From Octopus sinensis (Eukaryota), in NCBI RefSeq assembly GCF_006345805.1, contig NC_043006.1:25048001-25112000 (forward strand): DNA of 64,000 bases, given 5' to 3'. Of this stretch, positions 52,161 to 64,000 are shown piece by piece. Each line of letters opens with the position of its first letter. Positions within the stretch are counted from its first letter, which is position 1. Under the pieces are notes generated by a model, which was not told the origin of the DNA, ran no database searches, and saw only the letters and a list, made by a program, of their open reading frames with translations. The position numbers and the translations under genes were made by a program.

Positions 52161-52258
52161 TGAAGAGCCTGAACAGCCCTTCAGCTGGTCAGATCCTGTC
52201 AAAGCATCCAACCCTTGCCAGCATGGAAAACAGACATTGAATGATGATGATGATGTTA

Positions 52259-52315
<57 letters not shown>

Positions 52316-53139
52316 GGTGATAAAATGCTATTAGAAGCATAGAGTAGATAGTCACTAAGTAGTGCTTAGCTTTATAAGTCTTGTTTGCACATAGCAGACA
52401 TCTTATACTGGCAGACTCACCTTCTCATCAGTTGTAACTTCTTTCTGTCTGTACTTTATTTTTTACCCTTGTTTCTTTACTCTCTCTCCACCACCTTCTC
52501 AGTCATTCACTCCCTCCTCTACTCACCTTCCTTCACTTCCCTCAAGTTACACTTCACTTCCCTCAAGTTACACTTCACCTTACTAACATGCTCCTCTTCC
52601 CTCTGTGTTTCTGTCTCCATCCCCTGCAACCTAGTGCTGTGCCTTTTGCTACAAGCTTTCTCGTACTTCTCTCTATCCACCTAGTCTTCCAATGCCAATA
52701 TGTTTTTATAAACTCTTGATACTCTCACCCTTTGTCTTCTGAAGCAAGTGTAATGAATTTACTTAACAGAAACTCGGCTATCAAGATATGTGTTAGTTGA
52801 TACTATCTTTGCTTTTATGTTTAAGAGTAATATTGGTTGCAAATTTTGGTACAAGGCCAACAGTAAATATACTCATCAAGCTTACTTGTATTTCTTCAGC
52901 ATTTTTACTTCCATATCCATTCAATGAGGACCATATTATAGCCAACTTTCTACACTGGAGGCACCACCTGATCTGGTTGAAGGAGTTGGAAGTTAAGTTC
53001 TCATTCATCTGAGCACTGTAGCATGAATATCTGTACTTCACTTGCTTTATATGTGTATGTGTATATATAAGTGGGTGGGGAGATAATGATGCAAATGACA
53101 ATGCCAGGGTTTGATATATAAAATATACATACATATATA

Positions 53140-54185
53140 CAGGGTGCAGTGAATATATTGTTAAGTTATGCAAAAATGAAAATAACACTGACATCTCATT
53201 TTGACAGATATATTTACCAAAATTACATTTTGAAATATTAAAGAGTAAATTTATTCAATAAAATCGCCATTGGCTTCAACCACAGCCTCTAGATGACTTT
53301 GGAATTTCCTGCAATTCTTCTGAATGGCCTCCTTGTTTAAGTTGGTGAATGCTGCCATAATCCTTGCCTTCAGTTCACCTTTGGTGTTACAAGGAGTTTT
53401 GTTGGTCTCTCGCTCAACTGTGCCCCACTCATAATAATCAAGGGGTTGTAGTATGGGGAATTAGGTGGTCAGATATTAGGGGTGATGTGGTCACAGAAAT
53501 TGTCTGACAGCCATGACCGGGTTCTCCTGCTTGTGTAGCACGGTGCAGAGTCCTGTTGCCAGTCATAGGGTCTTGCAGCAGCCACCCTCTTGACCCACAG
53601 CAGCACTACCTCCCCTGGCACTTGGTGTAGGCCTCCGTGTTGAGTCTGAGGCCATGTGGGAAGGTAAATGGAGGCATAACATCACCATCACTCCAAACAC
53701 CATGATGTTGACAGGATGTTTGATTTTCATCATTCTTGGTACATGTTTTGGGGACACTGCAAGCCAATGGTTGTTTTGCGTGTTCACCATCTGATCCTGG
53801 CAGAAATTTTTCTCGTCTGAAAAAAACCAAAGCATGTTCAGTTGGGGGGGATGCTTGAGTTTATTCAAAAGCTTCATAGTATGGTTTTTTCCTCTGGCCT
53901 TTGATGGCTTGGGATAAAAATTGGCCCTCTCTCATCTTGTATGAGGAACACCGAATGTCTTCATGGCAGTGGACCTGACTGACTTAGAGGTATCATTGTC
54001 AATCATGGCCTAGATCTCACCAACAAATTCAGGAGTTCTTTTCTTATCAGAACAATCAGAGTGAGTTTTCTGAGCTGCCATACCTTTGTAATCACCATTA
54101 GATTCATTCAACTCTTTCTGAATCCTCTGCACTGTCCTCAGATTGATACCCTAACATTCTGAAATGCTTGTTTTTGGCGCTTCCA
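53140..54185 (-). mobile_element. maT-type (DD37D) Tc1/mariner remnant
   Basis: TA-cagggtg end. FFSDEKNF, VNTQNN.W and WQQDSAPC...PPNSP..NPL(D), giving 37 spacing after allowing a 1-nt deletion. Confidence 0.85.
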
Positions 54186-54590
54186 GTGTGGCTGTGTGGT
54201 AAGTAGCTTGCTAACCAACCACATAGTTCCGGGTTCAGTCCCACTGCGTGGCATCTTGGCAAGTGTCTTCTGCTATAGCCCCGGGCCGACCAATGCCTTG
54301 TGAGTGGATTTGGTAGACGGAAACTGAAAGAAGCCTGTCGTATATATGTATATATGTATATATATGTGTGTGTGTATGTGTTTGTGTGTCTGTGTTTGTC
54401 CCTCTAGCATCGCTTGACAACCGATGCTGGTGCGATTGCGTCCCTGTAACTTAGCAGTTCGGCAAAAGAGACCGATAGAATAAGTACTAGGCTTACAAAG
54501 AATAAGTCCCGGGGTCGATTTGCTCAACTAAAGGCGGTGCTCCAGCATGGCTGCAGTCAAATGACTGAAACAAGTAAAAGAGTAAGAGTA
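54186..54590 (+). mobile_element. tRNA-derived SINE (family A) truncating the DD37D element
   Basis: Near-identical to 18005-18411. Confidence 0.92.
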
Positions 54591-54751
54591 TACCATTATA
54601 ATCATCATGATATAGTCCAATACCTCAATATATTCTGTAATCTACCACAAGTAACTATAGTATTTAAAATAGTCTCTGAAACGTTTCGCTAAATTTTTTA
54701 ATGTTACTAATGTATTGTTATTTTTCATTTCTTCCTCCTCCAAAATTCTAG

Positions 54752-54882
54752 TAAACTTGAAGATTCTGTTGAAGAAGTACGCACTGATGTAATCTCAAAG
54801 CACTGTCGTGTAAACTCAACTGACGTTGAAAAGATGGCACTAACTCTAAGTCAACTATCAAAAGCTATTGCAGAGCAAAAAG
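54752..54882 (+). CDS. Internal exon E (AIP3-domain coiled coil)
   Basis: Acceptor ttctag, donor gtaagt, 131 nt. KLEDSVEEVRTDVISKHCRVNSTDVEKMALTLSQLSKAIAEQK resembles the CG32809/SRCIN1 AIP3 segment. Phases are consistent. Confidence 0.92.
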
Positions 54883-55169
54883 GTAAGTGATCTCTTTTTC
54901 TTTATAAGAATATAAATGCAGATTGTTTTCAATGTATATTATGTGGATTTTTTAATGGAAAGGGTATACATTCTACCAAATACCAGGTTGAGCCAACTGT
55001 TTTTTCATATTTCATATTTTAATAGTTCAAACAAATTACATACAAAAAGCATTTACTCATCAAAATATATGCCATTATATTCTATTGTCTCTTGCCATCA
55101 TTGTACCAGAGGTCAATTCCATGCTTATAACATTTGGCTGGTTTAGAAGCAAAAACCTCTCTACACCCA

Positions 55170-55620
55170 TTTTCAACCCCATCTACATTGTCGAGTCTCC
55201 GTCTGTGCAGGAAATAAGCCTTAGCTTGGAAAATGTAATAATCTGATGGTGCATGGTCTGGATTTTAGGCAGGGTGAGGCAGCACTTCCACCCACTCAAG
55301 TTTGCAATTGGACACATTGGTAGTGTGTGTTGAGGCATTGTCATGTTGTAGAAGTGCATGTCTTTGATTGATCAATGCCAGGTAGCAGGCTTTCAAAACA
55401 TCATGTACTCACTACAGTTGTTGAGTATAAAGGTTAGCATTCACAGTATGACCATCTGGGACAAGCTCGACATGCAACACCCCATCGAAATTCCGCTAAA
55501 CATCCAACATGACCTTCTGTTCAAAGCACCCTTGTTTAACCACAGGTTTTGAAGTCTGGCTGGAATGAGGCCACTGATTTCTCTTATTAGAGTTATGAAA
55601 ATAGTTCCATTTTTCAACCC
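55170..55620 (-). mobile_element. Mariner C-terminal remnant
   Basis: Minus strand LLQHDNASTH followed by a decayed HP..SPD.APSDY segment. Confidence 0.65.
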
Positions 55621-56333
55621 CAGTTAGATAGAAAGAAGTATTTTATATCAATCTGTGAAGTATTATTAGGTTGCCGGTTCAAAGATTTTGTGAAAATGCA
55701 CTTTGAGCATCTTAATACCATAAATGTAGCACTAAGATGGACTGTAAAATTGTTTAGAGCTGAGGAATAATCTGCAATTAGTTATATTTATTGATATCAG
55801 GAGACTTATGTACAGTTGATCATATTTTTGTTCTTCAAGCAGTATGAAATGCTTCTTCATTCAGTTGAATTACAAAAAGTTTGAAAGCTGAGTCAATGGA
55901 GAAAAGTTCCAACTAGATGAAATCTCCAGATGGTTTAAATTCACAAGTCTCTAATATCCAAGTGGCTAAAAGTGCCAGCAGAAAGGTACTTAGGAGTAAT
56001 GACCTGGATTCAGCTTTTAAAAGGGAACGGCCAAAACATTTGCCTCAGTGAGGCTTCTTGTCTGGAGACCTTCCGCTGTTCAATTCCCTTAAGTTTTTAC
56101 CACTGGTTATATCCATCTGAAACCACTTGCACTTTGAAACCCTGAACATCAGACAATCTTGAATAGTGAAACCGTATTCATTGCTGCTAAAGAAAATTCA
56201 TACTTCAAATTGTTTTATTTTCAGTCTTCTTTGTGATGTTTTGTTAACTGTTGTTCTTATCATTCTTGTGAAGCCTCAGTTATTTCTGCTGAAGCTCTAT
56301 AGCTCAGCAGCACGCAATAAAATACACAATAAA

Positions 56334-56697
56334 ATCGAAATCGAAATCGATCAACATCAATGGAAATTGCAGCTGTGATACCAGTGCCGGTGATACGTAA
56401 GAGAACCATTCGAACGTGGCCATTGCCAGCGCCGCCCCGACTGGCCTCGTGCTGGTGGCATGTAAAAAGCACCATCTGATCGTGGTCGTTGCCAGCCTCA
56501 TCTGGCACCTGTGCCGGTGGCACGTAAAAAGCACCCACTACACTCACGGAGTGGTTGGCGCTAGGAAGGGCATCCAGCCGTAGAAACATTGCCAGATCAG
56601 ACTGGGCCTGGTGCAGCCTTCTGGCTTCCCAGACCCCAGTTGAACCGTCCAACCCATGCTAGCATGGAAAGCGGACGCTAAACGATGATGATGATGA
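56334..56697 (+). mobile_element. RTE 3' UTR/tail fragment
   Basis: Near-identical to 31810-32223 with a (GAT)n end. Confidence 0.9.
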
Positions 56698-56877
56698 ATA
56701 CTGATCAAGTGGTGTTTTAGCAATAGCCATCCTGTATTGTTTATCTTCATACTGTAATCATAATTCATAAAATGACAAATGTCATTTGCATTTTTTGTAG
56801 ATGGTTTTTCTTCTATATTAAGCAGATTAAGCAACTATGTTGAAGCTAATGTTAACTCTTGTCTTTTCTGTTGATAG

Positions 56878-56953
56878 CCCACTTTCCACAGCTGCAAGAC
56901 AAAATGAAAAAGATTATGTCTGAAGAAATGGATATAATTATCCAAGAAGAAAA
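56878..56953 (+). CDS. Internal exon F (AIP3 domain)
   Basis: Acceptor tgatag, donor gtaagt, 76 nt. HFPQLQDKMKKIMSEEMDIIIQEE. Phase 1 in, phase 2 out. Confidence 0.9.
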
Positions 56954-56989
56954 GTAAGTACAATAACTTGTTACTAAGGTAAATATTGA

Positions 56990-57378
56990 GAGTTGTGGCT
57001 GAAACATGGCTGTGTGGTAAGAAGCTTGCTTCCCAACCACATAGTCCTGGGTTCAGTCCCACTGCATGGCACCTTGGGCAAATGTCTTCTACTATAGCCT
57101 CAGACTGACCAAAGCCTTGTGAGTGGTTTTGGTAGATAGAAACTGAGAGAAGCCCATTGTATATATGCCTATGTGTGTGTCTTTGTGTCTATGTTTGCTC
57201 ACACCACCGCTTGACAACTGGTGCTGGTGTATTTATGTACCCATAATTTAGTGGGTCAGCAAAAGAGACTGATAGAATAAGTACTAGGCTTAAAAATATA
57301 AGCCCTGAAGTCAATTTGTTTTACTGAAAAACCTTCAAGGCAGTGGCCCAGCATAGTAACAGTCAAATGACAGAAACA
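56990..57378 (+). mobile_element. tRNA-derived SINE (family A, older copy)
   Basis: A/B boxes, CORE-like middle and tail all present but diverged. Confidence 0.85.
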
Positions 57379-57904
57379 ATTATTAAATTTAAACATTATT
57401 AAATTCCACAATAATTATTATTTTTCTTGAATACATCTCTGGCTTTCTAAACACACACACACACACATGCACATACATTCACCTACTTCATTCCCTGCTC
57501 AAACCTCATGTACTCATGCATGCATACATTCTCACACAACCCCTCTCACACATATGTAGACTTATACAGAGATTGATTATGACCTGTTAAACATTCAAAT
57601 ACCTACACATCCATTCATATATTTGCAATTCACTCACACACAATCTTTATGCAATGTTTCTCGCACACATGCATACAAAGATACAACTTACAACTTCACC
57701 TATGCTTAACAGTAATACACATCAGCTTCCCACCCTCTATTTTCCTTGCTCTTTTCTGTTAGAAATCCTTTATTCCACTTACTTCCTGTCCACCATTACA
57801 CACTCATACACTCATAATAATGTCACTTCTGGTCATTACTTTTTTTTTTGTACTTTTTTTCTTCCTGAGCCACTCTCTCTATGTTTATTACAATGAAAGT
57901 TAAG

Positions 57905-58310
57905 GTACATGCATAGCTGAGTGGTTGAGAAGTTCCCTTCCCAACCATGTACCGTTAGATCTGGCCTTACTACATGACATCTTGGGAAGTGTTTCTTCTG
58001 TTATAGATTGAAGCTGACCTAAGCCTTGTCAGTGGATTTTATAGATGGAGACTGAAAGAAAACTGCTGTGTGCATGTGCATGCTTGCATTTGAGCATGTG
58101 TGTGTGTGTGTGTGTTTGTTTGTCTGTTTACATTTGCAGTCGCTTGTTGGCAGTTTCTCACCTGACAACAAACTACCCAGTTACTTTGTGCCCTCAAAGT
58201 TAAGTGGCATAAAGGGTTAGCATCAAGAAGCATCCAGTTGTAAAACAGTACTTCAAATAGCATATTTATCCTATGCAAGCATGGGAAAAGGGACATAAAA
58301 TGAATGAGTG
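57905..58310 (+). mobile_element. Old SINE with family-A head and RTE-type tail
   Basis: Head gcatagctgagtggttgagaag...catcttgggaagtg; tail tagcatcaagaagcatccagttgtaaaa...atgcaagcatgggaaaagggacataaaatgaatga. Confidence 0.65.
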
Positions 58311-58683
58311 AACAACTGAATTAATTATTACAAATGATCAGTTATGATTCTTTTTGAAAGAGGTATCAGCATTGTCTGAATTTATGCACCTTAATAGCAT
58401 CTCAACATATAACAACTTCAATAAAAGCATTTTTTTATAATTTTCACAACACTAGCTGGCTGATCTCTTTGTAGTATCTATTAAAGCTAGGTTAACTAAA
58501 CCATTGATAGTTTATAAAGTACAGGAACAATACAAGTGGTAAGATGTGAATTAGCAACTCTTCAGATAGAAAATGATTTCCTAAAGTGATTTCCAACCAA
58601 TAGCTACTCTCAACTTAGGAATATTATGAATAAAAGAAAGATTAAGTTAATAATATATGTGAACTATTGGCTTATGGTTCATA

Positions 58684-58913
58684 AGGTGGCGAGCTGGCAG
58701 AAACGTTAGCACGCCGGGCGAAATGCATAGCCGTATTTCGTCTGCCGTTACGTTCTGAGTTCAAATTCCACTGAGGTCGACTTTGCCTTTCGTCCTTTTG
58801 GGGTCGATAAATTAAGTACCAGTTACGCACTGGAGTCGATATAATCGACTTAATCTGTTTGTCCTTGTTTGTCCTCTCTGTGTTTAGCCCCTTGAGGGTA
58901 GTAAAGAAATAGG
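58684..58913 (+). mobile_element. tRNA-derived SINE (family B, Meta-domain-like middle)
   Basis: ggcgagctggcagaa..gttctgagttcaaattcc..ctttgcctttcgtccttttggggtcgataaattaagtaccag. Older copies at about 60850-61055 and split at 28163-29290. Confidence 0.85.
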
Positions 58914-59181
58914 TTTATAGGTCATAAGTTCTATATACTGCAGATATTTTGTAAGGCCTCTGGATAAAAGACATTTCATTCAATTTCACTCAATTCACTT
59001 GTCTAGAGAGATATTTCTCACCAATATAATAATACCATGAAACAGGGGCTAAGCAATGGCTTTCTTGTGACTCTAGAAGCTGTAACAAACATGTATCATT
59101 GCCAATAACACATTCATCTTTCTTTTCTTTCAAACTTATTATTAATTATATCCCTTTTCTTTGTTTCTTTTCATTTTCCAG

Positions 59182-59265
59182 ATTTCTCAAAGATCAGCCT
59201 GAACGACTGGAGTCAGCTTTGCGACGTTGCAAGAAGCTAACAGGCACACTGTTCACTCTGAAAAG
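59182..59265 (+). CDS. Internal exon G (AIP3-domain end)
   Basis: Acceptor ttccag, donor gtacac, 84 nt. FLKDQPERLESALRRCKKLTGTLFTLKR closely resembles the EEKFLKEEP..LESALRRCKKLTGTLVTLKR segment of CG32809-type proteins. Confidence 0.93.
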
Positions 59266-59842
59266 GTACACCTACATTCACGTAGACCCCTTATCTGTCC
59301 ATATAGTGTTCCCTAGTACATAAGTGCAATAGATTTTGCAGATGTTACCTACCCCCAGCATTAAATACCTTGCAAACTACTCAACTCAGTTTATGCACTT
59401 CTATCTGCAAAACATTCCTTATGCAACACAAAAGTAAAATATATATTTCCATTGCTGTTGTTGGTACTAGTACTACTAATTTTACCTCTACCAACAATGT
59501 AGTTAATTGTAGTTATTTTTGTTGTTGTGGCAGTCCTTGAAGATTTACTCTCTTGTTTTTGTTCAATATTTTGCTGTCTGATTCAGATCTCAGCAGAGTC
59601 AATATTGCTCTTTAAACATGTAGAATTAATAAAATAAGTATCATTGATATATATTCTGGAGTTGCTTCAATCGACTTTACTTAACAAAAAGAGTATGGTG
59701 CTTAGTGAAAAGAAATTATAATTGTTAATAGTGGGTTTTTCTTTTGTATAGATTACAGTTGTTGCTATTGTAAAAATTTCTTTTGTTCTTGTAGTGGTAG
59801 TGCTAGTGATGATTGTAATGAAAGTAACTGTAGTGGCTATAT

Positions 59843-59844
59843 TA

Positions 59845-59894
<50 letters not shown>

Positions 59895-59901
59895 GTTATT
59901 G

Positions 59902-59954
<53 letters not shown>
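59843..59954. repeat. (ATT)n microsatellite
   Basis: About 37 trinucleotide units with a few GTT variants. Confidence 0.95.
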
Positions 59955-59957
<3 letters not shown>

Positions 59958-62269
59958 AAAATATAGGTAATGGCTGTAGTAAGGGTAAAAGAAAGCAATT
60001 GTTTACCTTTTGATATAGGAATAATACAAATGAAATAAAAAAAAAGAAAAATATAAAAACATTTGAGGTAAGATTAAGTTCTCTGGTTGAAGATTTGTTT
60101 GAAAGAACTATTGTCCCTTAATAAATTACCTAGTTTATGTTGTTGAAATTTGTCCAAGTATATTTACATTACTTCTGCACATATGTAGATTGGTATTACT
60201 TAGTATCATGCCTTTGCTTGAAGATATGTACTATATATAATTTTCGGAGTTTCTAAAGAATACTTCTTTTATTTTGATATCTTCTGTGATATGTTCTCTA
60301 CTACAACTGCTAGTGAGTGGATTACTTCTGTTGTGTTGTATGTAATAGTCCATGGCACACTGAACAATATTGTCTATAGTAGTCTTTACATTTCACTAAA
60401 TTTCACCAACATTGCCGATAACTTGTAAATTATTTGAAATAAATTTCTTGCAAAGCTGATGAAACTACATTGTATTACTGATAAAATCATACAACTATTG
60501 TTTTTCAATAGTTTATAAATTACTTGCACTCTGTTAGATACAGTGGTTATAGAGCTTCTAGTATTGCTTTACAACAGCATACAGAATTAGTAAGCCATTT
60601 ATTTTATCATATAAAAAACTTTTCAATGCCAACACAATATTATATAATTGTGTAGTGTTGTCTTCATTAGCTCCTTGAATGCCAATGTTATTGTTCTCAG
60701 TAATTAATAGAAAATCAATATTGTTATTAAATTACATTTTAGAAAACAAATGTTGTTAAACCACTGTACTATTACACTGTTATACTAATATAGTCCAACA
60801 CTTGACAGAACACCTATCTTGTGTTGTAGTCAATATTACAGTTGAAGCTAAGGTGGCAAGCTTGCTGAATCTTTAGCAGGCTGGCAGCATTTCATCCACC
60901 TTTATGTTCTGAGTTCAAATTCCAAGAATGGTTGTCTTTGCCTTTCATTCTTTCAGAGTTGATAAAATAAGTACAAGTTGAGCACTGGGGTTTATATAAT
61001 TGACTTTCCCCTCCCGCCAAACTAACTGGCCTTGTGCCAAAATTTGAAATCAGTACCCAAGTTGAAACTGTATTGTTTAAGATACTAATGCTATTATTAG
61101 TAACACCTCCAGAAATGGAGCAGTCAAAAACATGTAGTTAAGTAGTTATGATGTTACATATATAAGCTCTTATCACATCTTCACTTCATGTATAACAAAC
61201 GTTTGCTTGATCCAAAAGTAAAATGGCTTTCAAAGTTGAGTATATTGAGTATTTAGCACTATCTTTATCATGCTTAGTTTGAAGCATTAAATTAGATAAG
61301 TTCTATATAAAAAAAATACCTAATAACAAATTTGATTTGGTTAACTATATCTAACATTTCAAAACTAGTCTTAGTCCATCGAGTGATAGTCGCAGAATTA
61401 CAAATCTGTCATTAAATGTCAACATCTAGTGAAGAAATAGATCTTTAGCATATCTTTTTGATGATGAGTATTCAGTTGTTCCATCAACCTTCTCATTGAA
61501 TATGCATGTAAGGGGCTGAATATTCTACAGAGACATGTACTCTTTACATAATCCTTGGGTAGAATCAGTGTGACACAACATATCACAAGTTCAGACCTTC
61601 TATCTAACTAATTTCATTCACAAGGCTTGGCTCATCCTGAGACTATGGTAAAAGCAGACTTGTTAACCATGCAGGCATACCATATCACTAATATCCTGGA
61701 AAATAATTTGCAAATAGCAACTCCTGTTTCTACTTTTGTTTTAATATTTAGTGTCAGCATGCTTGTAGAAGAGAGTTGTTTCCACAAAGGTTGTCTAATG
61801 CAAATTTACAGCATGGAACAAACTACATCTGAAAACATGCATTTTGGAAAATGAAAGAAATTGTCCATTTGCTGCTGTTTAGGATGATTTTTATCTTTCT
61901 CAGATATGTACAACTTAGGATTTTAAAAAATTATTATAAGTTATTATATACGTTTAAGTTATATACATTATATACATTATATACATTATAAGTTAGTTCA
62001 CACACATATAACACTCACCTTCCTTATCTTATCTGATTATGTTTAGTCTTTACTGAATTAGCAGGGCTTAATATTAGTCTCTCTCTTACATATCTCAAGG
62101 CTTCAGATTTATCAAGGGAAGAAAATGAGATTGTATAATGTTTTCGTTTTTGTCAACAATTTTATTAATAAAACAGTTATGAAGTCACTAAAACTGATAC
62201 ATTTGCTTGCTGTGAACTTAGTTCAACTCTATAGTGGTCAAAATTCACTATATTCTTCAGCTACTTCTT

Positions 62270-62530
62270 ATCATACTTACTTGTACTTGTGGTGACATTC
62301 ACCCTGGGCGGGTTGAGTTGGCTTCTTCTACCACCCTCGAGGCATCTCGAACCATGGCAGCCCACACACGACGGTCCTGTGCCAGTTCACGAGCCACTCA
62401 TGGTTTCATCGGTGCAGGCCGACCACCTGCAGACCCATGAGCACGGAGAGGTCCTCCTTGATCGTCGTAGCCCAGGTCTTCAGCTGCCCGCCCGCATGTT
62501 TCTGCCAGTTGGGAAGTGGACTTCTTATGA
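62270..62530 (-). mobile_element. 3' end of a different RTE family with (CAAGTA)n tail
   Basis: Minus strand PNWQKHAGGQLKTWATTIKEDL..GL.. then gtgaatgtcaccacaagtacaagtaagta. Confidence 0.75.
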
Positions 62531-64000
62531 GTATATAGATTTCAGTTTTTTGTTTAAACAGTTTTAAATTAATATTTGCCTATTGAATACACAGACAGTA
62601 TTCATATCATACATATACCAACATTAACAATGGACATTACTATACTGTGTGTATGAATATATGTGTGTATGTGTGTGTGTGTGTGCAAGCGCACATGCAC
62701 ATGTACGTGTGCACAAACATATAAGTATGAACAAGGAGGGAGTACTCACTACTAAAAATAGAGTTACATATTTGATCTATTGAAAGCTGAAAATTTCACA
62801 AATTATTACTCCAAGTTACTTATTTTAAATTTGAATTAATTTAAACAAAATAAAACATTTGGAAGATATTTAAAGACAATCATTCACAAAAAGAAATCAA
62901 GGCAAATATTGAATATTGATTGAATGGAGCTTGCCCACTGTTTACAATTTTTTGTGTAATTTCTCTATTGTATATTCTTCCTGCTTCTCTGGTGTTCTAT
63001 TAGAAATTCGGTATTTTTTTTTGCTCTTCTTTTGTATCTCCTTCTTTCTCCTTAATTTCTTCCTTTCACTTTTCCCCTTTCCTTTTTCTTCCATTTTTTA
63101 CTCTTACATTTCTGATCTACTTCTCTTCCTCTCATCTCTTAGCCTACTTCCCCCATTTAATTTTTTTCCTCCTCTGAGTCATGTGACGAACTCCTCTATA
63201 CAAGATCCACCCAATCAATATATAATATTCACTTTGATTTTTGTATAATCTGTTACAGTTGCTTTCAAATATTTTCTAAATATTCTATTTCATTAGATGA
63301 TTTTCATTTGATGATTAGAAGCAAGAAACTCAGAGTAAAGATTATTGGAGTTTTCAGCTTTCAGTAAAATCGCACATATGCACATATGTATATATGTATG
63401 AGGTTGCAGGTATGGTCGAGCAGTTAAGAAGTTTGCTTGGTAATCATTTGGCCTCTTGTTGTATTTCACTGCATAATGTCTTGTTTAAGTGTCATTTACT
63501 ATAGGTGCATGCTGATACAGCTTGAAAATTGAATTAAAGGTGCATAGATTTGTGGAATACTCACTTAATTACACATTATTTCAATGTGGATACTGAAATT
63601 GATTAAACAAGTGGTGTATGTGTGTGTGCATGTGTGTATGAATGTGTGTGTGTGTGTGTGTGTGCGTGTGTGTGTCTGTGTGTATACATGCATACATACA
63701 TACATACATATATATCACATATCATGTTGAGCAAGACATAAAGTACTTGTATTTTGTACCATGCAATATTTATAATGAAGCAAATTCTAAAATATAAAGG
63801 CAAATATTTCTAATATAGAGTTCTTGTGATTAATGACTGCTACAGGAATTTCAACATGCATCAACTTGGAGACATTCATCTAATTTTTTACTTGATGCTC
63901 ATCCTATAATTCCTTTTATACATTCTCTGTAGGAAAAACTAAGTAAAACTTTTATGTATGAATTTGGTTACCCTCAAAATAATTTGACAGCATTTCAAAA

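Noticed and set aside
51760-52355. Cys/Val/His-rich ORFs on both strands (metallothionein-like appearance)
   Set aside because: Translations of (GT)n and (GAT)n microsatellites.
62289-62567. GC-rich + strand ORF as the next host exon
   Set aside because: No family similarity or good splice sites; the minus strand reads as an RTE C-terminus with a (CAAGTA)n tail.

Overview
AT-rich animal genomic DNA, most likely an octopod cephalopod (inferred from the SINE/RTE families, dense (TA)n/(CA)n tracts and very large introns). Seven phase-consistent GT-AG exons on the + strand (18797-59265) encode about 345 aa of an SRCIN1/KIAA1217/CG32809-type (AIP3/Bud6-domain) coiled-coil protein. Its 5' and 3' exons were not found in this window. 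The rest is intronic and rich in transposons: Penelope-like GIY-YIG elements, RTE LINEs and their 3' tails, tRNA-derived SINEs, Tc1/mariner (DD36E, DD34D, DD37D), Ty3/Gypsy remnants and a Helitron 3' end. Four things stand out. (1) Four hammerhead-ribozyme folds, one with a complete canonical core, cluster around two GIY-YIG ORFs at 6.7-10.3 kb; one ORF is an open 289-aa frame without a recognisable RT core. (2) A 958-bp element with 258-bp terminal inverted repeats encloses a telomere-like (CCCTAA)n tract. (3) A nearly homogeneous 15 x 63-bp tandem array derives from Helitron helicase coding sequence. (4) A TIR-to-TIR Tc1 element has DD36E spacing. No database searches could be run; family names rest on motif recognition.
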